Of a stretch of DNA of 17,224 bases, positions 1 to 11,203 are shown in pieces. The notes beneath the pieces are model-generated. The model searched no databases. It saw only the letters and a program-made list of their open reading frames with translations, and had not been told where the DNA came from. This stretch comes from Utricularia gibba. Its lineage: Eukaryota > Plantae > Magnoliophyta. Every line of letters starts with the position of its first letter. Within the stretch, counting starts at the first letter, position 1. A program made the position numbers and the translations under genes. The DNA lies in assembly GCA_002189035.1 (NCBI GenBank), contig NEEC01000402.1, forward strand, positions 1-17,224, read 5' to 3'.

Positions 1-3000
1 ACGAAAATCGTGATGCAGTTATTGAAGTTAGGATATAATGAGCACCCAAAATGGTTTTCTCAACCGCATGCTTTATATTTGATAAGGCACTCTCGTGGGG
101 CAACGGTATCGAGCAGGAGGTCGAGTCGAGCTCGGTCCCAGAGTCATTTGTAGCCCGGCAAAAAAATTGATGCATTTATTAACGTTCGGCTTTATTAGGC
201 TGCCTACATGTTTGGAAAAGCTTGTCGTTTCTGGGCGGTGATGTCTTTTGGAACTTCGTTCTGACCATAGGTTCGGTCTGACTCCTTTGCCACATCGGGT
301 CCTACTCGACGAAAATCGTGATGCAGTTATTGAAGTTAGGATTTCATGAGCACCCAAAATGGTTTTCTCAACCGCATGCTTTATATTTGATAAGGTGCTC
401 TCGTGGGGCAACGGTATCGAGTAGGAGGTCGAGTCGAGCTCGGGCCCATAGTCATTTGTAGCTCGCAAAAAACTTGATGCATTTATTAACGGTTGGTTTT
501 AATAGGCTGCCTCAATGGTTTTCTCAAGGAAAAGCTTGTCGTTTTTGGCGGGTGATGTCGTTGTGAACTTCGTTCTGACCCAAGGTTCGGTCTGTCTCCT
601 TTGCCAAATCTGGTCCTACTCGACGAAAATCGTGATGCAGTTATTGAAGTTAGGATTTCATGAGCACCCAAAATGCTTTTGTCAATCGCATGCTTTGTAG
701 TTGAGGAGGCGCTCTAGTGGGGCAGGTATCGGCAAAAGGTCGAGTCGGCTCGCTCCAGAGTCATTTTTAGCCTGTCAAAAAAAGTGATGCATTTATTAAC
801 GTTCGGCTTTATTAGGCTGCCTACATAGTTTCTCAAGGAAAAGCTTGTCGTTTCTGGGCGGGTGATGTCTTTTGGAACTTCGTTCTGACCATAGGTTCGG
901 TCTGACTCCTTTGCCACATCGGGTCCTACTCGACGAAAATCGTGATGCAGTTATTGAAGTTAGGATTTCATGAGCACCCAAAATGGTTTTCTCAACCGCA
1001 TGCTTATATTTGATAAGGTGCTCTCGTGGGGCAACGGTATCGAGTAGGAGGTCGAGTCGAGCTCGGGCCCATAGTCATTTGTAGCTCGGCAAAAAACTTG
1101 ATGCATTTATTAACGGTTGGTTTAATAGGCTGCCTCAATGGTTTTCTCAAGGAAAAGCTTGTCGTTTTGGGCGGGTGATGTCGTTGTGAACTTCGTTCTG
1201 ACCCAAGGTTCGGTCTGTCTCCTTTGCCAAATCTGGTCCTACTCGACGAAAATCGTGATGCAGTTATTGAAGTTAGGATTTCATGAGCACCAAAATGCTT
1301 TTCAATCGCATGCTTTGTAGTTGAGGAGGCGCTCTAGTGGGGCACGGTATCGGGCAAAGGTCGAGTCGGGCTCGCTCCAGAGTCATTTTTAGCCTGTCAA
1401 AAAAAGTGATGCATTTATTAACGTTGGTTTAATAGGCTGCCTACATGGTTTCTCAAGGAAAAGCTTGTCGTTTCTGGGCGGGTGATGTCTTTTGGAACTT
1501 CGTTCTGACCATAGGTTCGGTCTGACTCCTTTGCCACATCGGGTCCTACTCAACGAAAATCGTGATGCAGTTATTGAAGTTAGGATTAATGAGCACCCAA
1601 AATGGTTTTCTCAACCGCATGCTTTATATTTGATAAGGCACTCTCGTGGGGCAACGGTATCGAGCAGGAGGACGAGTCGAGCTCGGTCCCAGAGTCATTT
1701 GTAGCCCGGCAAAAAAATTGATGCATTTATTAACGTTCGGCTTTATTAGGCTGCCTACATAGTTTCTCAAGGAAAGCTTGTCGTTTCTGGGCGGGTGATG
1801 TCTTTTGGAACTTCGTTCTGACCATAAGGTTCGGTCTGACTCCTTTGCCACATCGGGTCCTACTCGATGAAAATCGTGATGCAGTTATTGAAGTTAGGAT
1901 TCATGAGCACCCAAAATGGTTTTCTCAACCGCATGCTTTATATTTGATAAGGCACTCTCGTGGGGCAACGGTATCGAGTAGGAGGTCGAGTCGAGCTCGG
2001 GCCAAAAGTCATTTGTAGCCCGGCAAAAAAATTGATGCATTTATTAACGTTGGCTTTTAATAGGCTGCCTACATGTTTCTCAAGGAAAAGCTTGTCGTTT
2101 CTGGCGGGTGATGTCGTTGGGAACTTCGTTTGGACCCAAGGTTCGTCTGACTCCTTTGCCACATCGGGTCCTACTCGACGAAAATCGTGATGCAGTTATT
2201 GAAGTTAGGATTCATGAGCACCCAAAATGGTTTTCTCACCGCATGCTTTATATTTGATAGGCGCTCTCGTGGGGCAACGGTATCGAGCAGGAGGTCGAGT
2301 CGAGCTCGGGCCCATAGTCATTTGTAGCTCGGCAAAAAACTTGATGCATTAATTAACGTTGGGTTTTAATAGGCACCTACATTGTTTTCTCAAGAAAAAG
2401 CTTGTCGTTTTGGGCGGGTGATTTCGTTGTGAACTTCGTTCTGACCCAAGGTTCGGTCTGTCTCCTTTGCCAATCTGGTCCTACTCGACGAAAATCGTGA
2501 TGCAGTTATTGAAGTTAGGATTTCATGAGCACCCAAAATGGTTTTCTCAACCGCATGCTTTATATTTGATAAGGTGCTCTCGTGGGGCAACGGTATCGAG
2601 TAGGAGGTCGAGTCGAGCTCGGGCCCATAGTCATTTGTAGCTCGGCAAAAAACTTGATGCATTTATTAACGGTTGGTTTAATAGGCTGCCTCAATGGTTT
2701 TCTCAAGGAAAAGCTTGTCGTTTTGGGCGGGTGATGTCGTTGTGAACTTCGTTCTGACCCAAGGTTCGGTCTGTCTCCTTTGCCAAATCTGGTCCTACTC
2801 GACGAAAATCGTGATGCAGTTATTGAAGTTAGGATTTCATGAGCACCCAAAATGCTTTTGTCAATCGCATGCTTTGTAGTTGAGGAGGCGCTCTAGTGGG
2901 GCACGGTATCGGGCAAAAGGTCGAGTCGGGCTCGCTCCAGAGTCATTTTAGCCTGTCAAAAAAAGAGATGCATTTATTAACGTTGGGTTTTAATAGGCTG

Positions 3001-6000
3001 CCTACATGGTTTCTCAAGGAAAAGCTTGTCGTTTCTGGCGGGTGATGTCTTTTGGAACTTCGTTCTGACCATAGGTTTGGTCTGACTCCTTTGCCACATC
3101 GGGTCCTACTCGACGAAAATCGTGATGCAGTTATTGAAGTTAGGATTTCATGAGCACCAAAATGGTTTTCTCAACCGCATGCTTTATATTTGATAAGGTG
3201 CTCTCGTGGGGCAACGGTATCGAGTAGGAGGTCGAGTCGAGCTCGGGCCCATAGTCATTTGTAGCTCGGCAAAAAAACTTGATGCATTTATTAACGGTTG
3301 GTTTTAATAGGCTGCCTCAATGGTTTTCTCAAGGAAAAGCTTGTCGTTTTTGGGCGGGTGATGTCGTTGTGAACTTCGTTCTGACCCAAGGTTCGGTCTG
3401 TCTCCTTTGCCAAATCTGGTCCTACTCGACGAAAATCGTGATGCAGTTATTGAAGTTAGGATTTCATGAGCACCCAAAATGCTTTTCAATCGCATGCTTT
3501 GTAGTTGAGGAGGCGCTCTAGTGGGGCACGGTATCGGGCAAAAGGTCGAGTCGGGCTCGCACCAGAGTCATTTTTAGCCTGTCAAAAAAAAGTGATGCAT
3601 TTATTAACGTTGGTTTTAATAGGCTGCCTACATGGTTTCTCAAGGAAAAGCTTGTCGTTTCTGGGCGGGTGATGTCTTTGGAACTTCGTTCTGACCATAG
3701 GTTCGGTCTGACTCCTTTGCCACATCGGGTCCTACTCGACGAAAATCGTGATGCAGTTATTGAAGTTAGGATATAATGAGCACCCAAAATGGTTTTCAAC
3801 CGCATGCTTTATATTTGATAAGGCACTCGTGGGGCAACGGTATCGAGCAGGAGGTCGAGTCGAGCTCGGCCCAGAGTCATTTGTAGCCCGGCAAAAAAAA
3901 TTGATGCATTTATTAACGTTCGGTTTAATAGGCTGCCTACATGTTTCTCAAGGAAAAGCTTGTCGTTTCTGGGCGGGTGATGTCTTTTGGAACTTCGTTC
4001 TGACCATAGGTTCGGTCTGACTCCTTTGCCACATCGGGTCCTACTCGACGAAAATCGTGATGCAGTTATTGAAGTTAGGATTTCATGAGCACCCAAAATG
4101 GTTTTCTCAACCGCATGCTTTATATTTGATAAGGTGCTCTCGTGGGGCAACGGTATCGAGTAGGAGGTCGAGTCGAGCTCGGGCCCATAGTCATTTGTAG
4201 CTCGGCAAAAAACTTGATGCATTTATTAACGGTTGGTTTTAATAGGCTGCCTCAATGGTTTTCTCAAGGAAAAGCTTGTCGTTTTTGGGCGGGTGATGTC
4301 TTGTGAAACTTCGTTCTGACCAAGGTTCGGTCTGTCTCCTTTGCCAAATCTGGTCCTACTCGACGAAAATCGTGATGCAGTTATTGAAGTTAGGATTTCA
4401 TGAGCACCCAAAATGCTTTTCAATCGCATGCTTTGTAGTTGAGGAGGCGCTCGTGGGGCACGGTATCGGGCAAAAGGTCGAGTCGGCTCGCCAGAGTCAT
4501 TTTTAGCCGTCAAAAAAAGTGATGCATTTATTAACGTTGGGTTTTAATAGGCTGCCTACATGGTTTCTCAAGGAAAAGCTTGTCGTTTCTGGCGGGTGAT
4601 GTCTTTTGGAACTTCGTTCTGACCATAGTTCGGTCTGACTCCTTTGCCACATCGGGTCCTACTCGACGAAAATCGTGATGCAGTTATTGAAGTTAGGATT
4701 TCATGAGCACCCAAAATGGTTTTCTCAACCGCATGCTTTATATTGATAAGGTGCTCTCGTGGGGCAACGGTATCGAGTAGGAGGTCGAGTCGAGCTCGGG
4801 CCCATAGTCATTTGTAGCTCGGCAAAAAACTTGATGCATTTATTAACGTTGGTTTTAATAGGCTGCCTCAATGGTTTTCTCAAGGAAAAGCTTGTCGTTT
4901 TTGGGCGGGTGATGTCGTTGTGAACTTCGTTCTGACCCAAGGTTCGGTCTGTCTCCTTTGCCAATCTGGTCCTACTCGACGAAAATCGTGATGCAGTTAT
5001 TGAAGTTAGGATTTCATGAGCACCCAAAATGGTTTTCTCAACCGCATGCTTTATATTTGATAAGGTGCTCTCGTGGGGCAACGGTATCGAGTAGGAGGTC
5101 GAGTCGAGCTCGGCCCATAGTCATTTGTAGCTCGGCAAAAAACTTGATGCATTTATTAACGGTTGGTTTTTAATAGGCTGCCTCAATGGTTTTCTCAAGG
5201 AAAAGCTTGTCGTTTTTGGGCGGGTGATGTCGTTGTGAACTTCGTTCTGACCCAAGGTTCGGTCTGTCTCCTTTGCCAAATCTGGTCCTACTCGACGAAA
5301 ATCGTGATGCAGTTATTGAAGTTAGGATTTCATGAGCACCCAAAATGCTTTGTCAACGCATGCTTTGTAGTTGAGGAGGCGCTCTTGGGGCACGGTATCG
5401 GCAAAAGGTCGAGTCGGGCTCGCTCCCAGAGTCATTTTTAGCCTGTCAAAAAAAGATGCATTTATTAACGTTGGGTTTTAATAGGCTGCCTACATGGTTT
5501 CTCAAGGAAAAGCTTGTCGTTTCTGGGCGGTGATGTCTTTTGGAACTTCGTTCTGACCATAGGTTCGGTCTGACTCCTTTGCCACATCGGGTCCTACTCG
5601 ACGAAAATCGTGATGCAGTTATTGAAGTTAGGATTTCATGAGCACCCAAAATGGTTTTCTCAACCGCTTTATATTTGATAGGTGCTCTCGTGGGGCAACG
5701 GTATCGAGGGAGGTCGAGTCGAGCTCGGGCCCATAGTCATTTGTAGCTCGGCAAAAAAACTTGATGCATTTATTAACGGTTGGTTTTAATAGGCTGCCTC
5801 AATGGTTTTCTCAAGGAAAAGCTTGTCGTTTTTGGGCGGGTGATGTCGTTGTGAACTTCGTTCTGACCCAAGGTTCGGTCTGTCTCCTTTGCCAAATCTG
5901 GTCCTACTCGACGAAAATCGTGATGCAGTTATTGAAGTTAGGATTTCATGAGCACCCAAAATGCTTTTCAATCGCATGCTTTGTAGTTGAGGAGGCGCTC

Positions 6001-6218
6001 TAGTGGGGCACGGTATCGAGCAAAAGGTCGAGTCGCTCGCACCAGAGTCATTTTTAGCCTGTCAAAAAAAGTGATGCATTTATTAACGTTGGGTTTTAAT
6101 AGGCTGCCTACATGGTTTCTCAAGGAAAAGCTTGTCGTTTCTGGCGGGTGATGTCTTTTGGAACTTCGTTCTGACCATAGGTTCGGTCTGACTCCTTTGC
6201 CACATCGGGTCCTACTCG

Positions 6219-6532
6219 ACGAAAATCGTGATGCAGTTATTGAAGTTAGGATATAATGAGCACCCAAAATGGTTTTCTCAACCGCATGCTTTATATTTGA
6301 TAAGGCACTCTCGTGGGGCAACGGTATCGAGCAGGAGGTCGAGTCGAGCTCGGTCCCAGAGTCATTTGTAGCCCGGCAAAAAAATTGATGCATTTATTAA
6401 CGTTCGGCTTTATTAGGCTGCCTACATAGTTTCTCAAGGAAAAGCTTGTCGTTTCTGGCGGGTGATGTCTTTTGGAACTTCGTTCTGACCATAGGTTCGG
6501 TCTGACTCCTTTGCCACATCGGGTCCTACTCG
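6219..6532 (+). repeat. Representative subfamily A monomer (11 copies)
   Basis: Diagnostic variants: aaggcactctc, gagcaggagg, gagctcgg(t)cccagag, tagcccggcaaaaaaattg, aacgtt(c)ggcttta(t)tagg, cctacatagtt, with a C-like tail. Copies start at 1, 1553, 3739, 6219, 8100, 10277, 10586, 10895, 14619, 15552 and 16794. The copies at 10586 and 10895 are less clean. Confidence 0.88.
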
Positions 6533-7165
6533 ACGAAAATCGTGATGCAGTTATTGAAGTTAGGATTTCATGAGCACCCAAAATGGTTTTCTCAACCGCA
6601 TGCTTTATATTTGATAAGGTGCTCTCGTGGGGCAACGGTATCGAGTAGGAGGTCGAGTCGAGCTCGGGCCCATAGTCATTTGTAGCTCGGCAAAAAACTT
6701 GATGCATTTATTAACGGTTGGTTTTAATAGGCTGCCTCAATGGTTTTCTCAAGGAAAAGCTTGTCGTTTTTTGGGCGGGTGATGTCGTTGTGAACTTCGT
6801 TCTGACCCAAGGTTCGGTCTGTCTCCTTTGCCAAATCTGGTCCTACTCGACGAAAATCGTGATGCAGTTATTGAAGTTAGGATTTCATGAGCACCCAAAA
6901 TGGTTTTTGTCAATCGCATGCTTTTGTAGTTGAGGAGGCGCTCTAGTGGGGCACGGTATCGGGCAAAAGGTCGAGTCGGGCTCGCTCCCAGAGTCATTTT
7001 TAGCCTGTCAAAAAAAGTGATGCATTTATTAACGTTGGGTTTTTAATAGGCTGCCTACATGGTTTCTCAAGGAAAAGCTTGTCGTTTCTGGGCGGTGATG
7101 TCTTTTGGAACTTCGTTCTGACCATAGATTCGGTCTGACTCCTTTGCCACATCGGGTCCTACTCG

Positions 7166-7322
7166 ACGAAAATCGTGATGCAGTTATTGAAGTTAGGATT
7201 TCATGAGCACCCAAAATGGTTTTCTCAACCGCATGCTTTATATTTGATAAGGTGCTCTCGTGGGGCAACGGTATCGAGTAGGAGGTCGAGTCGAGCTCGG
7301 GCCCATAGTCATTTGTAGCTCG
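7166..7322 (+). repeat. ~157-bp internal sub-repeat, first half of the monomer (homologous to 7323-7479)
   Basis: Ungapped manual alignment of 7166-7228 with 7323-7385 gives 46/63 identities (73%), including tgatgca.ttatt and aatggttttctcaa in both halves. Weaker similarity continues (ggtgctctcgtggggcaac vs ggtgatgtcgttgtgaac; tagctcg vs tactcg). Confidence 0.9.
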
Positions 7323-7479
7323 GCAAAAAACTTGATGCATTTATTAACGGTTGGTTTTAATAGGCTGCCTCAATGGTTTTCTCAAGGAAAAGCTTGTCGT
7401 TTTTGGGGGTGATGTCGTTGTGAACTTCGTTCTGACCCAAGGTTCGGTCTGTCTCCTTTGCCAAATCTGGTCCTACTCG
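7166..7479 (+). repeat. Representative subfamily B monomer (22 full copies plus the terminal partial copy at 17108-17224)
   Basis: Diagnostic linked variants: aaggtgctctc, gagtaggagg, gagctcgggcccatag (SacI and ApaI sites), tagctcggcaaaaaacttg, aacggttgg, gcctcaatgg, gatgtcgttgtgaac, acccaagg, tctgtctcc, ccaaatctgg. Copies start at 309, 933, 2178 (variant), 2488, 3113, 4048, 4666, 4979, 5601, 6533, 7166, 7480, 8410, 9033, 9657, 11512, 12136 (blended), 12748, 13685, 13993, 14933 and 16169. Confidence 0.93.
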
Positions 7480-8409
7480 ACGAAAATCGTGATGCAGTTA
7501 TTGAAGTTAGGATTTCATGAGCACCCAAAATGGTTTTCTCAACCGCATGCTTTATTTGATAAGGTGCTCTCGTGGGGCAACGGTATCGTAGGAGGTCGAG
7601 TCGAGCTCGGGCCCATAGTCATTTGTAGCTCGGCAAAAACTTGATGCATTTATTACGTTGGTTTTAATAGGCTGCCTCAATGGTTTTCTCAAGGAAAAGC
7701 TTGTCGTTTTTGGGCGGGATGTCGTTGTGAACTTCGTTCTGACCCAAGGTTCGGTCTGTCTCCTTTGCCAATCTGGTCCTACTCGACGAAAATCGTGATG
7801 CAGTTATTGAAGTTAGGATTTCATGAGCACCCAAAATGCTTTTGTCAATCGCATGCTTTGTAGTTGAGGAGGCGCTCTAGTGGGGCACGGTATCGGCAAA
7901 AAGGTCGAGTCGGGCTCGCTCCCAGAGTCATTTTTAGCCTGTCAAAAAAAGTGATGCATTTATTAACGTTGGGTTTTAATAGGCTGCCTACATGGTTTCT
8001 CAAGGAAAAGCTTGTCGTTTCTGGGCGGGTGATGTCTTTTGGAACTTCGTTCTGACCATAGGTTCGGTCTGACTCCTTTGCCACATCGGGTCCTACTCGA
8101 CGAAAATCGTGATGCAGTTATTGAAGTTAGGATTTCATGAGCACCCAAAATGGTTTTCTCAACCGCATGCTTATATTTGATAAGGCACTCTCGTGGGGCA
8201 ACGGTATCGAGCAGGAGGTCGAGTCGAGCTCGGGCCCAGAGTCATTTGTAGCCGGCAAAAAAATTGATGCATTTATTAACGTTGGCTTTATTAGGCTGCC
8301 TACATAGTTTCTCAAGGAAAAGCTTGTCGTTTCTGGCGGGTGATGTTTTTGGAACTTCGTTCTGACCATATGTTCGGTCTGACTCCTTTGCCACATCGGG
8401 TCCTACTCG

Positions 8410-10276
8410 ACGAAAATCGTGATGCAGTTATTGAAGTTAGGATTTCATGAGCACCCAAAATGGTTTTCTCAACCGCATGCTTTATATTTGATAAGGTGCT
8501 CTCGGGGCAACGGTATCGAGTAGGAGGTCGAGTCGAGCTCGGGCCCATAGTCATTTGTAGCTCGGCAAAAAACTTGATGCATTTATTAACGGTTGGTTTT
8601 AATAGGCTGCCTCAATGGTTTTCTCAAGGAAAAGCTTGTCGTTTTTGGGCGGGTGATGTCGTTGTGAACTTCGTTCTGACCCAAGGTTCGGTCTGTCTCC
8701 TTTGCCAAATCTGGTCCTACTCGACGAAAATCGTGATGCAGTTATTGAAGTTAGGATTTCATGAGCACCCAAAATGCTTTTGTCAATCGCATGCTTTGTA
8801 GTTGAGGAGGCGCTCTGGGGCACGGTATCGGCAAAAGGTCGAGTCGGGCTCGCTCCCAGAGTCATTTTTAGCCTGTCAAAAAAAGTGATGCATTTATTAA
8901 CGTTGGGTTTTAATAGGCTGCCTACATGGTTTCTCAAGGAAAAGCTTGTCGTTTCTGGCGGGTGATGTCTTTTGGAACTTCGTTCTGACCATAGGTTCGG
9001 TCTGACTCCTTTGCCACATCGGGTCCTACTCGACGAAAATCGTGATGCAGTTATTGAAGTTAGGATTTCATGAGCACCCAAAATGGTTTTCTCAACCGCA
9101 TGCTTTATATTTGATAAGGTGCTCTCGTGGGGCAACGGTATCGAGTAGGAGGTCGAGTCGAGCTCGGCCCATAGTCATTTGTAGCTCGGCAAAAAACTTG
9201 ATGCATTTATTAACGGTTGGTTTTAATAGGCTGCCTCAATGGTTTCTCAAGGAAAAGCTTGTCGTTTTTGGGCGGGTGATGTCGTTGTGAACTTCGTTCT
9301 GACCAAGGTTCGGTCTGACTCCTTTGCCAAATCTGGTCCTACTCGACGAAAATCGTGATGCAGTTATTGAAGTTAGGATTTCATGAGCACCCAAAATGCT
9401 TTTGTCAATCGCATGCTTTATAGTTGAGGAGGCGCTCTAGTGGGGCACGGTATCGGGCAAAAGGTCGAGTCGGCTCGCTCCCAGAGTCATTTTTAGCCTG
9501 TCAAAAAAAGTGATGCATTTATTAACGTTGGGTTTTAATAGGCTGCCTACATGGTTTCTCAAGGAAAAGCTTGTCGTTTCTGGGGGTGATGTCTTTTGGA
9601 ACTTCGTTCTGACCATAGGTTCGGTCTGACTCCTTTGCCACATCGGGTCCTACTCGACGAAAATCGTGATGCAGTTATTGAAGTTAGGATTCATGAGCAC
9701 CCAAAATGGTTTTCTCAACCGCATGCTTTATATTTGATAAGGTGCTCTCGGGGCAACGGTATCGAGTAGGAGGTCGAGTCGAGCTCGGGCCCATAGTCAT
9801 TTGTAGCTCGGCAAAAAACTTGATGCATTTATTAACGGTTGGTTTTAATAGGCTGCCTCAATGGTTTTCTCAAGGAAAAGCTTGTCGTTTTTGGGCGGGT
9901 GATGTCGTTGTGAACTTCGTTCTGACCCAAGGTTCGGTCTGTCTCCTTTGCCAAATCTGGTCCTACTCGACGAAAATCGTGATGCAGTTATTGAAGTTAG
10001 GATTTCATGAGCACCCAAAATGTTTTCAATCGCATGCTTTGTAGTTGAGGAGGCGCTCTAGTGGGGCACGGTATCGGGCAAAAGGTCGAGTCGGCTCGCC
10101 CAGAGTCATTTTTAGCCTGCAAAAAAAGTGATGCATTTATTAACGTTGGGTTTTAATAGGCTGCCTACATGGTTTCTCAAGGAAAAGCTTGTCGTTTCTG
10201 GGCGGGTGATGTCTTTTGGAACTTCGTTCTGACCATAGGTTCGGTCTGACTCCTTTGCCACATCGGGTCCTACTCG
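8410..10276 (+). repeat. (BC)x3 higher-order repeat run, unit ~620-624 bp
   Basis: Alternating B and C monomers at 8410/8724, 9033/9346 and 9657/9970. Confidence 0.88.
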
Positions 10277-11203
10277 ACGAAAATCGTGATGCAGTTATTG
10301 AAGTTAGGATTCATGAGCACCCAAAATGGTTTTCTCAACCGCATGCTTTATATTTGATAAGGCACTCTCGTGGGCAACGGTATCGAGCAGGAGGTCGAGT
10401 CGAGCTCGGCCCAGAGTCATTTGTAGCCCGGCAAAAAAATTGATGCATTTATTAACGTTGGCTTTATAGGCTGCCTACATAGTTTCTCAAGGAAAAGCTT
10501 GTCGTTTCTGGGCGGGTGATGTCTTTGGAACTTCGTTCTGACCATAGGTTCGGTCTGACTCCTTTGCCACATCGGGTCCTACTCGACGAAAATCGTGATG
10601 CAGTTATTGAAGTTAGGATTCATGAGCACCCAAAATGGTTTTCTCAACCGCATGCTTTATATTTGATAAGGCGCTCTCGTGGGGCAACGGTATCGAGCAG
10701 GAGGTCGAGTCGAGCTCGGGCCGAGTCATTTGTAGCCCGGCAAAAAAATTGATGCATTTATTAACGTTGGTTTTAATAGGCTGCCTACATAGTTTCTCAA
10801 GGAAAAGCTTGTCGTTTCTGGCGGGTGATGTCTTTGGGAACTTCGTTCTGACCAAGGTTCGGTCTGACTCCTTTGCCACATCGGGTCCTACTCGACGAAA
10901 ATCGTGATGCAGTTATTGAAGTTAGGATTTCATGAGCACCCAAAATGGTTTTCTCAACCGCATGCTTTATATTTGATAAGGCACTCTCGTGGGCAACGGT
11001 ATCGAGCAGGAGGTCGAGTCGAGCTCGGCCCAGAGTCATTTGTAGCCCGGCAAAAAAATTGATGCATTTATTAACGTTGGTTTTAATAGGCTGCCTACAT
11101 GGTTTCTCAAGGAAAAGCTTGTCGTTTCTGGGCGGGTGATGTCTTTTGGAACTTCGTTCTGACCAAGGTTCGGTCTGACTCCTTTGCCAATCGGTCCTAC
11201 TCG
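10277..11203 (+). repeat. Run of three consecutive A-type monomers
   Basis: Monomers at 10277, 10586 and 10895 all carry gagcaggagg and tagcccggcaaaaaaattg. This is the only AAA run in the window. Confidence 0.8.

Noticed and set aside
28-32. Telomere-like motif TTAGG in aagttaggat
   Set aside because: A single pentamer per monomer, with no tandem TTAGG, TTAGGG or TTTAGGG run anywhere in the window.
11-39. Sigma70-like promoter: TATAAT at 34-39 (also near 3772 and 6252) with ttgaag upstream
   Set aside because: ttgaag is only about 6 bp from TATAAT, the hexamer at the proper -35 distance is tgatgc, and the context is satellite DNA.
4666-4978. Possible distinct B subtype (aacgttgg, ccaatctgg) in BB pairs at 2178, 4666, 7480 and 13685
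   Set aside because: The differences are single-base losses in gg and aaa runs, cannot be separated from homopolymer error, and also occur outside BB pairs (11512, 12748).
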